Source of the DNA: Gaiellaceae bacterium
Lineage (GTDB): Bacteria > Actinomycetota > Thermoleophilia > Gaiellales > Gaiellaceae
Assembly (NCBI GenBank): GCA_036501285.1
Contig: DASYAO010000147.1
Span: 1,545 to 65,544 of the forward strand
Reading direction: 5' to 3'
Length of the DNA stretch: 64,000 bases
Part shown: positions 24,861 to 33,938 of the stretch, piece by piece
Layout of the letters: the number at the start of each line of letters is the position of its first letter
Position numbering within the stretch: position 1 is the first letter of the stretch
The notes under the pieces: model-generated
What the model was told of the DNA's origin: nothing
Database searches by the model: none
The model's input: the letters and a program-made list of their open reading frames with translations, nothing else
Program-made: the position numbers and the translations under genes

Positions 24861-25946
24861 GTGTTCCCACTCGTCGAGGTCGACGCTGCAGATCCACTCG
24901 AGCGTGGCCGCCAGTACGGCGAGCAGGCGCGCGAGCAGATCGCGGTCTCGATCGACTTCTACCGTGGTGAGTTCGAGCTCAAGTCCGGGCTTGCGTGGGA
25001 CGAGGTCAGGCGGCGCGCGCCGCAATGGGTGCCCGTGATCGAGCCGTTCCACCCGGACGCGCTCGAGGAGGTGCGCGGCGTCGCAGACAGCTCCGGCTTC
25101 GAGTTCGAGGAGATCCTCGCGCTGAACGGCCGCGGCGAGCTTCGCTCCGGCAACCCGTTCGACACCGACGGCTGCACGTCGTTCGCGCTCATGCCCGAAG
25201 CCTCGGGCGACGGCCACGTCTACTGCGGGCAGACGTGGGACTGGCGCGTCGGCACGAAAGAGTCGGTCGTGATGCTCTGCATCAAGCAGGATCCGAAGCC
25301 GAAGATCGTGATGCAGGTCGAGGCCGGCCAGATCGGCCGGCACGGCGCGAACTCCGCCGGGATCGGCCTGAACGCGAACGGGCTCGAGGCGAAGTTCGGG
25401 TTCGGGCTCGGAGTGCCGGCGCCGTACATCCGGCGCCGCATCCTCGACTCGGACACGTTGAACGGGGCGCTGCACTCGGTGATGGAGGCAAAGCAGGCGC
25501 TCTGCTCGAACCTCCTCTTCACGCATCGCGACGGCTACTGCGTCGACCTCGAGACGACGCCCGAGCGCCACGGCGTGATGGAGGCGACCGACGGGATGCT
25601 CGTGCATGCGAATGCGTTCCTCGCGTACATACCGCCGCAGATCGCCGACAGCTACCGCCCGGGCTCGTTCGACTCGCTCTTCCGTGTACCGCGCGTCGAA
25701 GGCCATCTGCGCCGCGCGCGCGACGCGGGCTCGACGAACGAGACGCGCGAGGTCATCTCCGATGCGCTGTCCGACCACTTCGCCTATCCGAACTCGGTCT
25801 GCACTCACCCCGATCCGCGCGACGGCCGCCGCTGGGAGACGGTTGCGGCCGCGTACGCCGATCTCACCTCCGGCGAATACCTCGTCTCGCCGGGCAACCC
25901 GTGCGAGCACGGCTTCGAACCGCTCCCCTGGAATCTGTATTCATGA
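24861..25946 (+). CDS. Peptidase C45 / acyl-CoA:6-aminopenicillanic-acid acyltransferase-family protein (paralogue 1)
   Basis: VFPLVEVDAADPLERGRQYGEQ... The putative autoprocessing/nucleophile site is TDG-CTSFAL. Also GQTWDW and GANSAGIGLNANGL. GTG 24861 is preferred over the track start 24825, which would overlap the rpiR start. Confidence 0.75.
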   Translation: MFPLVEVDAADPLERGRQYGEQAREQIAVSIDFYRGEFELKSGLAWDEVRRRAPQWVPVIEPFHPDALEEVRGVADSSGFEFEEILALNGRGELRSGNPFDTDGCTSFALMPEASGDGHVYCGQTWDWRVGTKESVVMLCIKQDPKPKIVMQVEAGQIGRHGANSAGIGLNANGLEAKFGFGLGVPAPYIRRRILDSDTLNGALHSVMEAKQALCSNLLFTHRDGYCVDLETTPERHGVMEATDGMLVHANAFLAYIPPQIADSYRPGSFDSLFRVPRVEGHLRRARDAGSTNETREVISDALSDHFAYPNSVCTHPDPRDGRRWETVAAAYADLTSGEYLVSPGNPCEHGFEPLPWNLYS

Positions 25947-27082
25947 GGATGCCGCTCGTCGAGATCGCGGGAGCCCCGCGCGAGCGAGGCCGCCAGTACG
26001 GCGAGCAGGCGCGCGCGCAGATCGAGCGGTCGGTCGCGTGGTACAGCGAGCAGTTCACGGCCACCGCGTCGCTCTCCTGGGACGTCGTGTGCACGAACGC
26101 GCGCCGCTGGGAGCCGTTCGTCGAGGCCTACCTCCCCGACGCGGTCGAGGAGATGCAGGGCATCGCCGAGGGATCGGGCTTCAGCTACGAGGAGATCCTC
26201 GCGCTCAACGGGCGCGGCGAGCTCTCGTCGGGCAACCCGTTCGCCGACGACGCGAACGAGGAGTGCTCGTCGTACTCGATCCTGCCGGAGGCGGCCGGCG
26301 ACGGCCACGCCTATTGCGGACAGAACTGGGACTGGCGCTCGGCGATCCTCGACACAGTCGTGATGCTGCGCATCGAGCAGCCCGGTCTGCCGACGATCGT
26401 GATGCAGGTCGAGGCGGGACAGGTCGGGAGGCAGGGTGCGAACTCCGCCGGCATCGGTCTCAACGCGAACGGTCTCGGCGCGCGCTTCGGCTCGGCCCTC
26501 GGGATGCCTCAGCCCTACATCCGGCGCCGGATCCTCAACTCCTGGGACATGAACGAGGCGCTCGAGGCGGTCTTCCGCTCGCAGCAGGCGCTCTGCACGA
26601 ACCTCTTGCTCTCGCACCGCGACGGCTTCGCGATCGACCTGGAGACGACGCCCGGCCGGCACGGCTGGGGCTATCCGGCGAACGGCGTGCTCGTACACAC
26701 GAATCACTTCCGCTACTTCGTGCCGAAGCAGATCGAGGCGACATACCGCTACGTCTCGCCCGATTCGATCTATCGCGCCGAGCGCATCGAGCGCGTCCTT
26801 TCGCACACACGCGAGGCGGAGACCGGCGAGGCGATGCGTGCGCTGATCCGTGAGGCGATGTCGGATCACTTCGGCTTTCCGAGCGCCGTATGCAACCACG
26901 CGGACCCAGACGATCCCTGGTACGACCGTAACGAGACGGTCGCCTCGTCGATCGTCGACCTGACGACCGGCGAATACCGGATCGCGCACGGCAACCCGTG
27001 CACGAACGACTACGAGCTGCTGCCGTGGAACCTCTACGACAGCGCGACGCAGCCGCAGCCGGCAGCAGCAGCCGCGGCATAG
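25943..27082 (+). CDS. Peptidase C45 / acyltransferase-family protein (paralogue 2, tandem)
   Basis: ATG 25943 forms an ATGA overlap with paralogue 1. MRMPLVEIAGAPRERGRQYGEQ..., NEE-CSSYSI, GQNWDW and GANSAGIGLNANGL. By eye it is about 55-60% identical to paralogue 1. The N-terminal 316 codons of track ORF 24995..27082 are spurious. Confidence 0.75.
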   Translation: MRMPLVEIAGAPRERGRQYGEQARAQIERSVAWYSEQFTATASLSWDVVCTNARRWEPFVEAYLPDAVEEMQGIAEGSGFSYEEILALNGRGELSSGNPFADDANEECSSYSILPEAAGDGHAYCGQNWDWRSAILDTVVMLRIEQPGLPTIVMQVEAGQVGRQGANSAGIGLNANGLGARFGSALGMPQPYIRRRILNSWDMNEALEAVFRSQQALCTNLLLSHRDGFAIDLETTPGRHGWGYPANGVLVHTNHFRYFVPKQIEATYRYVSPDSIYRAERIERVLSHTREAETGEAMRALIREAMSDHFGFPSAVCNHADPDDPWYDRNETVASSIVDLTTGEYRIAHGNPCTNDYELLPWNLYDSATQPQPAAAAAA

Positions 27083-27083
27083 C

Positions 27084-28217
27084 GTGAAGATCGTCGTCGT
27101 CGGGGCGGGCTTTGCCGGCCTCGCGGCCGCGCACGTGCTGACCGACCGCGGCGCTGAGGTCGTCGTCTTCGAGGCGCGCGATCGCGTCGGCGGACGGGTC
27201 CGCTCGCATACGCTCGCGAACGGCTGCGTCGTCGAGCTCGGCGGCGAGTTCATCCTTCCGGGGCACGACACGGTGCGCCGCCTTGCGAACGAGCTCGGCC
27301 TCCGCCTCTACGAGAAGGGCACCGCGTACGGGAACCGCGAGCCGCGCGGTGGCCTGCCGGTCACCCGCGAAGAGGTGACCGCCGCGATTGCAAGCGTCGC
27401 GGCGCACGCGAGCTCCCAGCCGCTTCCGGTCGCGCTCGGGCGGGCCGGCGTTCCCGAGGCTGCGCGCGAGGCGATCCTCGCGCGGATCGAGGTGACGACG
27501 GCGTATCCGGCCGACGACCAGCCGAGCTCCGTGCTCGCCGAAAGCGGTACTGCGTTCGGGGATTTCGTAACGCACGGCATCGAGGGCGGCAACGAGCGCC
27601 TCGCGGCCGAGCTCGCGCGAACGCTCGACGTGCGGCTTGGCCGGCGCATCGAACATGTGCGCCACTCCGAGCGCGGTGTCGAGGTTGCCGATACGCAGGC
27701 CGACGCGTGCGTGCTCGCAATTCCTGTAGACGGGTTGCCGGAGTTCGATCCGCCGCTGCCCGGGTGGAAGCAGCGCGCGCAAGCCGCCGTGCGCTACGGC
27801 AGCACCGGCAAGCTCTTTCTGCCGCTCGCGCAGGCGGCACCGCCGAGCGCGACCCTTTCCGTGCCGGGGCGCTTCTGGACGTACACCCAGCTCGCGCCGA
27901 GTGGCGACCCGCTGCCGGTCGCGTGCTCGTTCGGCAGGCCCGGCGAGGATTGGCCGGCCGAGGTGCGCGCGCTCCGTCCCGACCTCGCATACGACGACGG
28001 CGCCATACCGGTGCAGTCGCATTGGCCTGCCGCGTACTCGGCGCGGTCCCTCGGGTCACGCCTCGACGACGACGCGCTCGCGCTTCCCGTCGGCCGGCTC
28101 GCCTTCGCGGGCGAGCACACCGCGGGCAACTGGAACGCGCTGATGGAAGGCGCGCTTCGGAGCGGTGAGCGCGCCGCCGCGGACGTCTACGCAGCGGCGT
28201 CGCGGATCGCCAGGTAG
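27084..28217 (+). CDS. FAD-dependent amine oxidase (monoamine/polyamine oxidase-like)
   Basis: GTG 27084 gives MKIVVVGAGFAGLAAAHVLTDRGAEVVVFEARDRVGGR, a dinucleotide-binding fold plus the amine-oxidase motif. The C-terminal region contains LAFAGEHT. Confidence 0.8.
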   Translation: MKIVVVGAGFAGLAAAHVLTDRGAEVVVFEARDRVGGRVRSHTLANGCVVELGGEFILPGHDTVRRLANELGLRLYEKGTAYGNREPRGGLPVTREEVTAAIASVAAHASSQPLPVALGRAGVPEAAREAILARIEVTTAYPADDQPSSVLAESGTAFGDFVTHGIEGGNERLAAELARTLDVRLGRRIEHVRHSERGVEVADTQADACVLAIPVDGLPEFDPPLPGWKQRAQAAVRYGSTGKLFLPLAQAAPPSATLSVPGRFWTYTQLAPSGDPLPVACSFGRPGEDWPAEVRALRPDLAYDDGAIPVQSHWPAAYSARSLGSRLDDDALALPVGRLAFAGEHTAGNWNALMEGALRSGERAAADVYAAASRIAR

Positions 28218-29290
28218 CGCTGGTTGAAGACGTAGGGCTGCGTGTCCTTCTTCGCGTAGACGCCGTGCGTGAACGCGCGTGAACGGACACCCTTCTGCAC
28301 GCGTTCGCAGACGACGAAATCCTGCTCGTTGACGAGCTCGTTGAAGTCGACGATCTCCGACATGTCGAAGTCCGGAGCGTCGAGCACCTCGGGCCGGAAG
28401 AGATACTCGGTGACGACGGTCGTCTGCTCGGGCCCACGCGGGTGCAGACACGTCGCCACAACGCTCGTCGGGCTGATGTCGAGGAACATGTTCGGGAAGA
28501 CGGCGATCGAATAGATCGAGGTCGCCTCGTGGGGCTCGAAGCCGGGCATCACGGGGAGCGCGGATGTGCCCGAATGCGTGAAGCTCGTGCCGTTGTCGGC
28601 GATCACGACGCCGCCGTCGTCGCGCCCGTCCTCGAGTACGTCGCCACGCTTGTACGCCGGGACGATCGCGACGAGCTCGGGGTGCACCGTCGGGCAGTGG
28701 AGGCACTCGTTGTAGTTCTCGACGTTGATCTTCCAGTTTGCCCAGACGTCGACGAGGGTGCGATGGCCGACGCGTAACTCGCCGAGCGGGCCGAAGCGCT
28801 CGAGCGGCAGCGGTTCTTCAGGCTCGGCCGCGAGCGTGTCGAGCAGCGGCTCGGGATGCTCGGAGAGGTTTGCGAAGAGGAAACCAGCCCAGACGTCGAC
28901 CGTCACCGGCCAGAGACCGAGTGAGGCGCGGTCGACCTCGTCTTCCGCGACCATCGGCGTCCCGATCAGGCTGCCCTCGAGCGAGTAGGTCCAGGCGTGG
29001 TACGGGCACTTGATCGCGCCGCGCGCGTGCCCGGCGCCGAGCTCGCAGAGCCGCGAGCCGCGGTGGCGGCAGACGTTGTAGAAGCCGCGCAGGCCGCCCT
29101 CCTTGCCGCGAACGACGACGATGCTCTCGCCCGCGATGTCGTAGGCGACGTAGTCACCGGGCTCGGCGAGCTCGTCGGCGCGGCCCAGGTAGTACCAGCG
29201 GCGGAAGAAGATCCGCTCGCGTTCGAGCGCGAAGACCTCGGGACGGTGGTAGTCGCCGCCGGGCAGCGTGGCGCGGAGTTCGGTTGGCAT
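28187..29290 (-). CDS. Rieske [2Fe-2S] non-haem-iron oxygenase alpha subunit (GbcA/CntA/choline-monooxygenase-like)
   Basis: 367 aa. The Rieske motif is CRHRGSRL...CPYHAW. The mononuclear-iron region is NWKINVENYNECLHCPTVHPEL. The 3' end overlaps the convergent amine oxidase gene by 31 nt. Confidence 0.8.
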   Translation of the reverse strand: MPTELRATLPGGDYHRPEVFALERERIFFRRWYYLGRADELAEPGDYVAYDIAGESIVVVRGKEGGLRGFYNVCRHRGSRLCELGAGHARGAIKCPYHAWTYSLEGSLIGTPMVAEDEVDRASLGLWPVTVDVWAGFLFANLSEHPEPLLDTLAAEPEEPLPLERFGPLGELRVGHRTLVDVWANWKINVENYNECLHCPTVHPELVAIVPAYKRGDVLEDGRDDGGVVIADNGTSFTHSGTSALPVMPGFEPHEATSIYSIAVFPNMFLDISPTSVVATCLHPRGPEQTTVVTEYLFRPEVLDAPDFDMSEIVDFNELVNEQDFVVCERVQKGVRSRAFTHGVYAKKDTQPYVFNQRYLAIRDAAA

Positions 29291-29304
29291 CTTCGGGGGC
29301 CGGG

Positions 29305-29364
29305 GATGAAACGACGGTTACTTGTAGCACCGGTTATAAAGGAACGCACGCCGCCTGTCCAGCG
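29305..29364 (-). promoter_or_regulatory. Copy B of the conserved 60-bp promoter/leader element: -35 TGGACA (29356-29361), 17-nt spacer, -10 TATAAC (29333-29338), conserved leader
   Basis: 48/60 identity with 14853..14912 by hand alignment. It ends 14 nt upstream of the Rieske ATG at 29290. Confidence 0.6.
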
Positions 29365-29441
29365 CCAAGCCCTCTTACCCGGCGGCCTTGATCGCCGCGA
29401 CGACCGCGCTCGGGTTCGCCAGGTTCACCGTCGTGCCGACT

Positions 29442-29474
29442 GAGCTGCGCGTGGCGCGAGGCCGCGCGCAGCTC
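29442..29474 (-). terminator. GC-rich hairpin downstream of the glycan operon
   Basis: GAGCTGCGCG ... CGCGCAGCTC forms a perfect 10-bp stem, extendable to 13 bp with one G-U pair. It starts 23 nt after the stop at 29497. There is no clear U-tract. Confidence 0.55.
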
Positions 29475-29496
29475 AGCTTCGTCACTCGTGAGTTCG

Positions 29497-31122
29497 CTAG
29501 CCGAGGCTCATCTTTTCGATTCCGAGGTAGGTGCGCGCCGCCCAGGAAACGGGGTCAGCCGCGAAGTCGTGCTGGATCGCTCGGTTGTCCAGGGCGTTGT
29601 CGAGTGCGGCCATGATCATCGACTGGTCGAGTACGAGGTAGCGGTGCCCGACCGCGCCGGTCGTCGGGTTGACGGCGTCGAAGAAACCGTCGGCGCCGTA
29701 GACGCCCGGGTAGAGCGACTGGAGCTTCTCGATGTTGGCGTAGGCCGCTTGCGGCGCCACGTCGAGTGCGAGGAACGAGGCGTGTGGAGTCACGACGTCC
29801 TCGGTTGCGCAGCCGTGACATTGCGACAGTCCTTCGTTCGGATGACTCGAGTCGGCGCCGGTGCCGTAGTACGGGAACGTCAGGCCCTCAACTCCGTAGC
29901 CGCCGTAGCCGCCGGTGTCGTCGGGTGTGCTCGAGGGCGACATGCCCCACACCGGGTAGCCGAGCTGATTGGTCGCGTACTTCATCTGCGCCTCGACGGT
30001 GCGCTCGTCGGCGAGACCGAAGCTCTGAGTGCCCCATGAAGTCTCGGGGACGACGAGGTTCGGCATCAGCCCTTCGAACATCCCGCCGCTATAGGTGGGA
30101 ATGAAGCTGAGGTCAGTGCCGGGATAGACGTAGTGTCCCTCCCAAACCGGGAACTGCTGACCCGACTGCGGGTCCGTGTAGGTCACCCATGTCCCCGGCA
30201 TCGGCCACTGGCCCTGCCAGGAGAAGTCGGGATCGGTGCTCTGGCAATCGGCAAACGGCGCCGGCGGCGGCAGCTCGCGCCAACTCCGCCACCAGACGTT
30301 TCCCGGCATCTGGTGCAGTCCCATGCCGATGTACGCCGAGATCCGCGGATCGCTATAGAAGGCACCGTTGTGGTAGTAGTGCGTCCAGTTGTCGCCCTGA
30401 TCGGGCGGCGACCCGACGTAGTAGCCGCCGAACATCTGGCCTGTCGGCTGGTTGCCGGGAACAGCCGGGTTCACGTTGCAGTGCGTCTCGGGCCCGTTGT
30501 CGTAGAAGATCCCGAAGTTCATCGGGCTGATCAGGCTGTCGACGAGGTGCCGGAGCTCCGGCATCGCCTGCCGCACGACGATCAGGCCGGACGCGTACCA
30601 GCCGTTGTCGACGTTCGAGACGAAGAAGCAGTTGTCGAACGACGGCGTCGTCTCGGAGCAGTCGGGCTGTCCTGGGTTCTGCAGGACCTGGCCGTTCGTC
30701 GTGTCGTACCACTGATAGAGGAAGCCGTCGTAGCGCTTCAGATGCTGGACCTCGGTGAGCGTCGCCTCGATCTTCGCACGTGCCTGCGGACGGCTGATCA
30801 GATGAAGATCGTCGGCTGCGACGACGGCCCAGAGATAGACGCCGATGTTGGCCGCCGAGGTGTAGTGGCCGGAGCTCGTCGGCGTCGACGAGCCGCCGGC
30901 GAACGTCACATTGTCCATCGGCAGGTTGGTGGCGGGGTCGACGTCGACGTCGTAGAACTTCCAGGTGTCGCCGGCGATCGCAAGCAGCTTCGCGTGCTGG
31001 CTCGCGGTCAGCCCTTGATAGCTCGCGACCCCACTGGGCGGGTCGGCCCAGGATTGAAGCGGGGTAAACGTGAGCGCGGCAATCATCATCGCCGCAACGA
31101 GAAGGACAGCGCGTCCATTCAT
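29497..31122 (-). CDS. Secreted glucoamylase-like (alpha/alpha)6-barrel protein (GH144 / DUF3131-like, putative beta-glucan hydrolase)
   Basis: 541 aa. The signal peptide is MNGRAVLLVAAMMIAALTFTPLQSWA. YTSAANIGVYLWAVVAADDL, FFVSNVDNGWYASGL and LVLDQSMIMAALDNAL resemble the putative-glucoamylase family. SD AAGGGAGG is present, and there is an ATGA overlap with the upstream ATPase. Confidence 0.5.
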   Translation of the reverse strand: MNGRAVLLVAAMMIAALTFTPLQSWADPPSGVASYQGLTASQHAKLLAIAGDTWKFYDVDVDPATNLPMDNVTFAGGSSTPTSSGHYTSAANIGVYLWAVVAADDLHLISRPQARAKIEATLTEVQHLKRYDGFLYQWYDTTNGQVLQNPGQPDCSETTPSFDNCFFVSNVDNGWYASGLIVVRQAMPELRHLVDSLISPMNFGIFYDNGPETHCNVNPAVPGNQPTGQMFGGYYVGSPPDQGDNWTHYYHNGAFYSDPRISAYIGMGLHQMPGNVWWRSWRELPPPAPFADCQSTDPDFSWQGQWPMPGTWVTYTDPQSGQQFPVWEGHYVYPGTDLSFIPTYSGGMFEGLMPNLVVPETSWGTQSFGLADERTVEAQMKYATNQLGYPVWGMSPSSTPDDTGGYGGYGVEGLTFPYYGTGADSSHPNEGLSQCHGCATEDVVTPHASFLALDVAPQAAYANIEKLQSLYPGVYGADGFFDAVNPTTGAVGHRYLVLDQSMIMAALDNALDNRAIQHDFAADPVSWAARTYLGIEKMSLG

Positions 31123-32009
31123 CGTGGAACCTCCCTTGTGTTCGATGCGTGAGCGCGCACGTGTGGCCGCCGGCGTGTCGCCTCCACTTCGTCGGACGAC
31201 TGACGTTCGTCCGCGAACGGGTTCGGTATCGCGGCGAGCAGCTCTCTCGTATAGCTGTCACGCGGGTGCTGGAGCACCTCCTTCGTCGGTCCGTGCTCGA
31301 CGATGCGACCCCGGTTCAGCACGAGCAGCTCGTCGGTGACTACGCGAGCGCTCAAGAGATCGTGGGTGATGTACAGAAGGCTGACGCCCATCTCCTCGCG
31401 CAGCTGCGCAAGCAGGGTGAGGATGCCGGCGCGGAGCGAGACGTCAAGCATCGACACGGGCTCGTCGGCGACGATCAGCTGCGGACGACAGGCAAGCGCC
31501 CGTGCGATCACGACTCGCTGCCGCTGGCCACCGGAGAGCTGGTGCGGCAGCTTCTCCTCGAACTGCTCGACGGGCGTCAGGCCGACCGTGTCGAGGAGCT
31601 CGCGCACGCGCTTGCGGGCGTCGCTGTCGCGCAGGCCCAGGTAGTTCGCGACGGGCCGGCTGATCGTGTACGAGATGGTGTGCAGCGGATTCAGCGCCGC
31701 GTACGGATCCTGGAAGACGATCTGCACCTGCGAGCGGAGGCGACGCAATCCATTCGCCCGAAGCCGGTCGACGCGGACGTTGCCGAAGTGGATCTCACCG
31801 CGGTCCGGCTTCTCGAGGCCGGTGACGAGTTTCGCAATCGTGCTCTTGCCGCTGCCGCTCGCACCGACGAGTCCGAGCGACGAGCCCGGTTCGAGCACGA
31901 ACGAGACATGGTCGACTGCGTGCACGGGTGACTCGCCGCGACGACGCGCCGGGTAGAGCTTGTCGACGTCCTCGACGGCGAGCCTCGTGTCAGCGTGGTC
32001 AGACGGCAC
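31119..32009 (-). CDS. Opp/Dpp-type ABC transporter ATP-binding protein (OppF-like)
   Basis: Walker A GASGSGKST, signature LSGGQRQR, Walker B LIVADEPVSMLD. GTG 32009 (SD GGGAGGG 5 nt upstream) is preferred and overlaps the OppD-like stop by 11 nt. Confidence 0.8.
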   Translation of the reverse strand: MPSDHADTRLAVEDVDKLYPARRRGESPVHAVDHVSFVLEPGSSLGLVGASGSGKSTIAKLVTGLEKPDRGEIHFGNVRVDRLRANGLRRLRSQVQIVFQDPYAALNPLHTISYTISRPVANYLGLRDSDARKRVRELLDTVGLTPVEQFEEKLPHQLSGGQRQRVVIARALACRPQLIVADEPVSMLDVSLRAGILTLLAQLREEMGVSLLYITHDLLSARVVTDELLVLNRGRIVEHGPTKEVLQHPRDSYTRELLAAIPNPFADERQSSDEVEATRRRPHVRAHASNTREVPR

Positions 32010-32997
32010 TCGCGCCCTCCCGCGCCAGTCGCTGGGCGACGTGACAGGCGACGAGCGCATCATCCGCGTCCGGTAGCGGGTCGAGCGGCGGATCGACCTC
32101 GTCGCAGATTCGCTCGCGCCACGGGCACCGCGGCGCGTACGGGCAGTAGTCGATCGGACGGGTCAGATCGGGCGGCGTGCCGGGAATCCCTTCGAGGTGG
32201 ATCTCGTCGGCGCGCGGATCGTCGTAGCAGTCGAGCAACGCGCGCGTGTACGGATGCCGCGCCTCGATCCGCATCTGCTCCGCCGGCTGATCCTCGACGA
32301 TCTCGCCCGCGTACATGACGAGTACGCGATCGGTCGCGTCGAGCACGAGACCAAGGTCGTGGCTGATCAGGAGCGCGGTGAAGCCGATCTCGCGCTGCAG
32401 CTCCTGGATCGTGTCGATCACGGCGTGCTGCACGATCACGTCGAGCGCCGTCGTCGGTTCGTCGAAGACGACAAGCCGCGGGTCGAGCGCGAGTGCGAGC
32501 GCGATCGCGACGCGCTGGCGCATGCCTCCCGACAGCTCGTGCGGGAAACGGTGCAGCGTCTGTGACTCGAGATGGACGAGCTCGAGAAGCTCGGACGCGC
32601 GGCGCTCGACCACTTCGCCGGCGACGCGGGCGTGCGCGCGCATCACGTCGGCGAAGTGACCCTCGATCGTCCGCACGGGGTTGAGGGCGTTCATCCCGCT
32701 CTGGAGCACGATTGCGAAACCGGCGCGGCGCTTGCGCCGAAGCTCCTCGCCTTCGAGGCGAGTGATCTCGTCGCCGTCGAACCAGATCTCGCCGGATTCG
32801 AGCCGCGCAGGCGGTCGCAGCAGCCGCACGAGCGCGTAGCCGAGCGTGGACTTGCCGCAGCCGGATTCGCCGACGAGACCGACGAGCTCGCCCCGGTCGA
32901 GTGCGAGATTCACGTTTCGAACCGACCAGACGCGGGTGCCACCCGGCGGTTCGTAGACCACGTTGACGCCGCGGGCCTCGAGCAGCGGCACCGTCAT
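31999..32997 (-). CDS. Opp/Dpp-type ABC transporter ATP-binding protein (OppD-like)
   Basis: ATG 32997 forms an ATGA overlap. MTVPLLEARGVNVVYE..., GESGCGKST, LSGGMRQR and the C-terminal oligopeptide-type extension CPYAPRCPWRERIC. The upstream part of track ORF 31999..33864 is spurious. Confidence 0.8.
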   Translation of the reverse strand: MTVPLLEARGVNVVYEPPGGTRVWSVRNVNLALDRGELVGLVGESGCGKSTLGYALVRLLRPPARLESGEIWFDGDEITRLEGEELRRKRRAGFAIVLQSGMNALNPVRTIEGHFADVMRAHARVAGEVVERRASELLELVHLESQTLHRFPHELSGGMRQRVAIALALALDPRLVVFDEPTTALDVIVQHAVIDTIQELQREIGFTALLISHDLGLVLDATDRVLVMYAGEIVEDQPAEQMRIEARHPYTRALLDCYDDPRADEIHLEGIPGTPPDLTRPIDYCPYAPRCPWRERICDEVDPPLDPLPDADDALVACHVAQRLAREGASAV

Positions 32998-33938
32998 GCC
33001 TCCCTGAGGCGCGGGTTCGAGAGCGCGTCGACACCGAAATTGACGAGCGAGAGCGAGGTTGCGAGAAGGGCGACGCAAAGACCGGGCGCGAAGATCTCGA
33101 CCCACTGCCCCGTCAGCAGCGCGTTCCCGTTCTGGGCCCAGTAGAGCATCGTTCCCCAGCTGATCGTGTTCGGGTTGCCGAGCCCGAGGAACTCGAGTCC
33201 CGCCTCGCCGAGTACGGCCGCGGTCGCGGCGGCGAAGAAGCTCGCGGCGATCAGCGAGGTCATGTTCGGCAGGATCTCTCGGAAGACGATGCGGGGCAGC
33301 CGCTCGCCGGAGAAGAGTGCCGAGGCGACAAAGTCGCGGTTGCGAAGCGTCTGCGTCTGGCTGCGCATGACGCGTGCTCCGGTCGCCCAGCCTGTGACGA
33401 CGACGACGAGGATGATCACGCCTACGCCTTTGTTCGGCAGATAGGCGGCGAGCACGATCATCAGCGGCAGCGCCGGGATCACGAGCGCCAGGTTCGTGAC
33501 GAAGCCGAGGAACTCGTCGACGACCCCGCGGAGGTAGCCGGCGATCATCCCCACGACGATCGCGATCGCAGTTGCGGCAGCGCCGGCTGCGAGCGCGACG
33601 AGGAGCGAGACGCGAGTGCCGTAGAGGAGCTGCGAAAGGACGTCCTGGCCCGAACCCGTCGTGCCGAGCAGGTGCGCCCCGCTCGGTCCTTGCGAGGCCT
33701 GGAAGTCGGCCCGCGACGGCGAGTACGGGACGATCAGCGGTGCGATCACCGCGACGAGCGCGAACAGGCCGAGGATCGCGAGACCGATGCGCGCCTTCCC
33801 GTTTGCCGCGAGCGTGGCGAGCCCGCGCACGAAGACGCGCAGGCGACGGGCCGAGGCAAGCCACGACGGCGCCGGCCTGACAGCTGCAGCGGCGCCGGGG
33901 TCGGGCGGGGGCTCCGGTGGCTGATAGACGGAGCTCAC
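32994..33938 (-). CDS. Opp/Dpp-type ABC permease (OppC-like)
   Basis: 314 aa, multi-TM. Contains FVASALFSGERLPRIVFREILPN (EAA-loop region). There is a GTGA overlap with the upstream permease. Confidence 0.8.
   Translation of the reverse strand: MSSVYQPPEPPPDPGAAAAVRPAPSWLASARRLRVFVRGLATLAANGKARIGLAILGLFALVAVIAPLIVPYSPSRADFQASQGPSGAHLLGTTGSGQDVLSQLLYGTRVSLLVALAAGAAATAIAIVVGMIAGYLRGVVDEFLGFVTNLALVIPALPLMIVLAAYLPNKGVGVIILVVVVTGWATGARVMRSQTQTLRNRDFVASALFSGERLPRIVFREILPNMTSLIAASFFAAATAAVLGEAGLEFLGLGNPNTISWGTMLYWAQNGNALLTGQWVEIFAPGLCVALLATSLSLVNFGVDALSNPRLREA

Noticed and set aside
25805-28461. Minus-strand ORFs 25805..27271, 26535..28022 and 27361..28461
   Set aside because: They are antisense to C45 paralogue 2 and the amine oxidase gene, with Arg/Pro-rich low-complexity translations.
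29388-29615. 75-aa plus-strand ORF in the Rieske/glucoamylase-like intergenic region
   Set aside because: It overlaps the terminator hairpin and the 3' end of the glucoamylase-like gene. It has an Arg-rich translation and no SD. The region is better explained by terminator plus promoter copy B.
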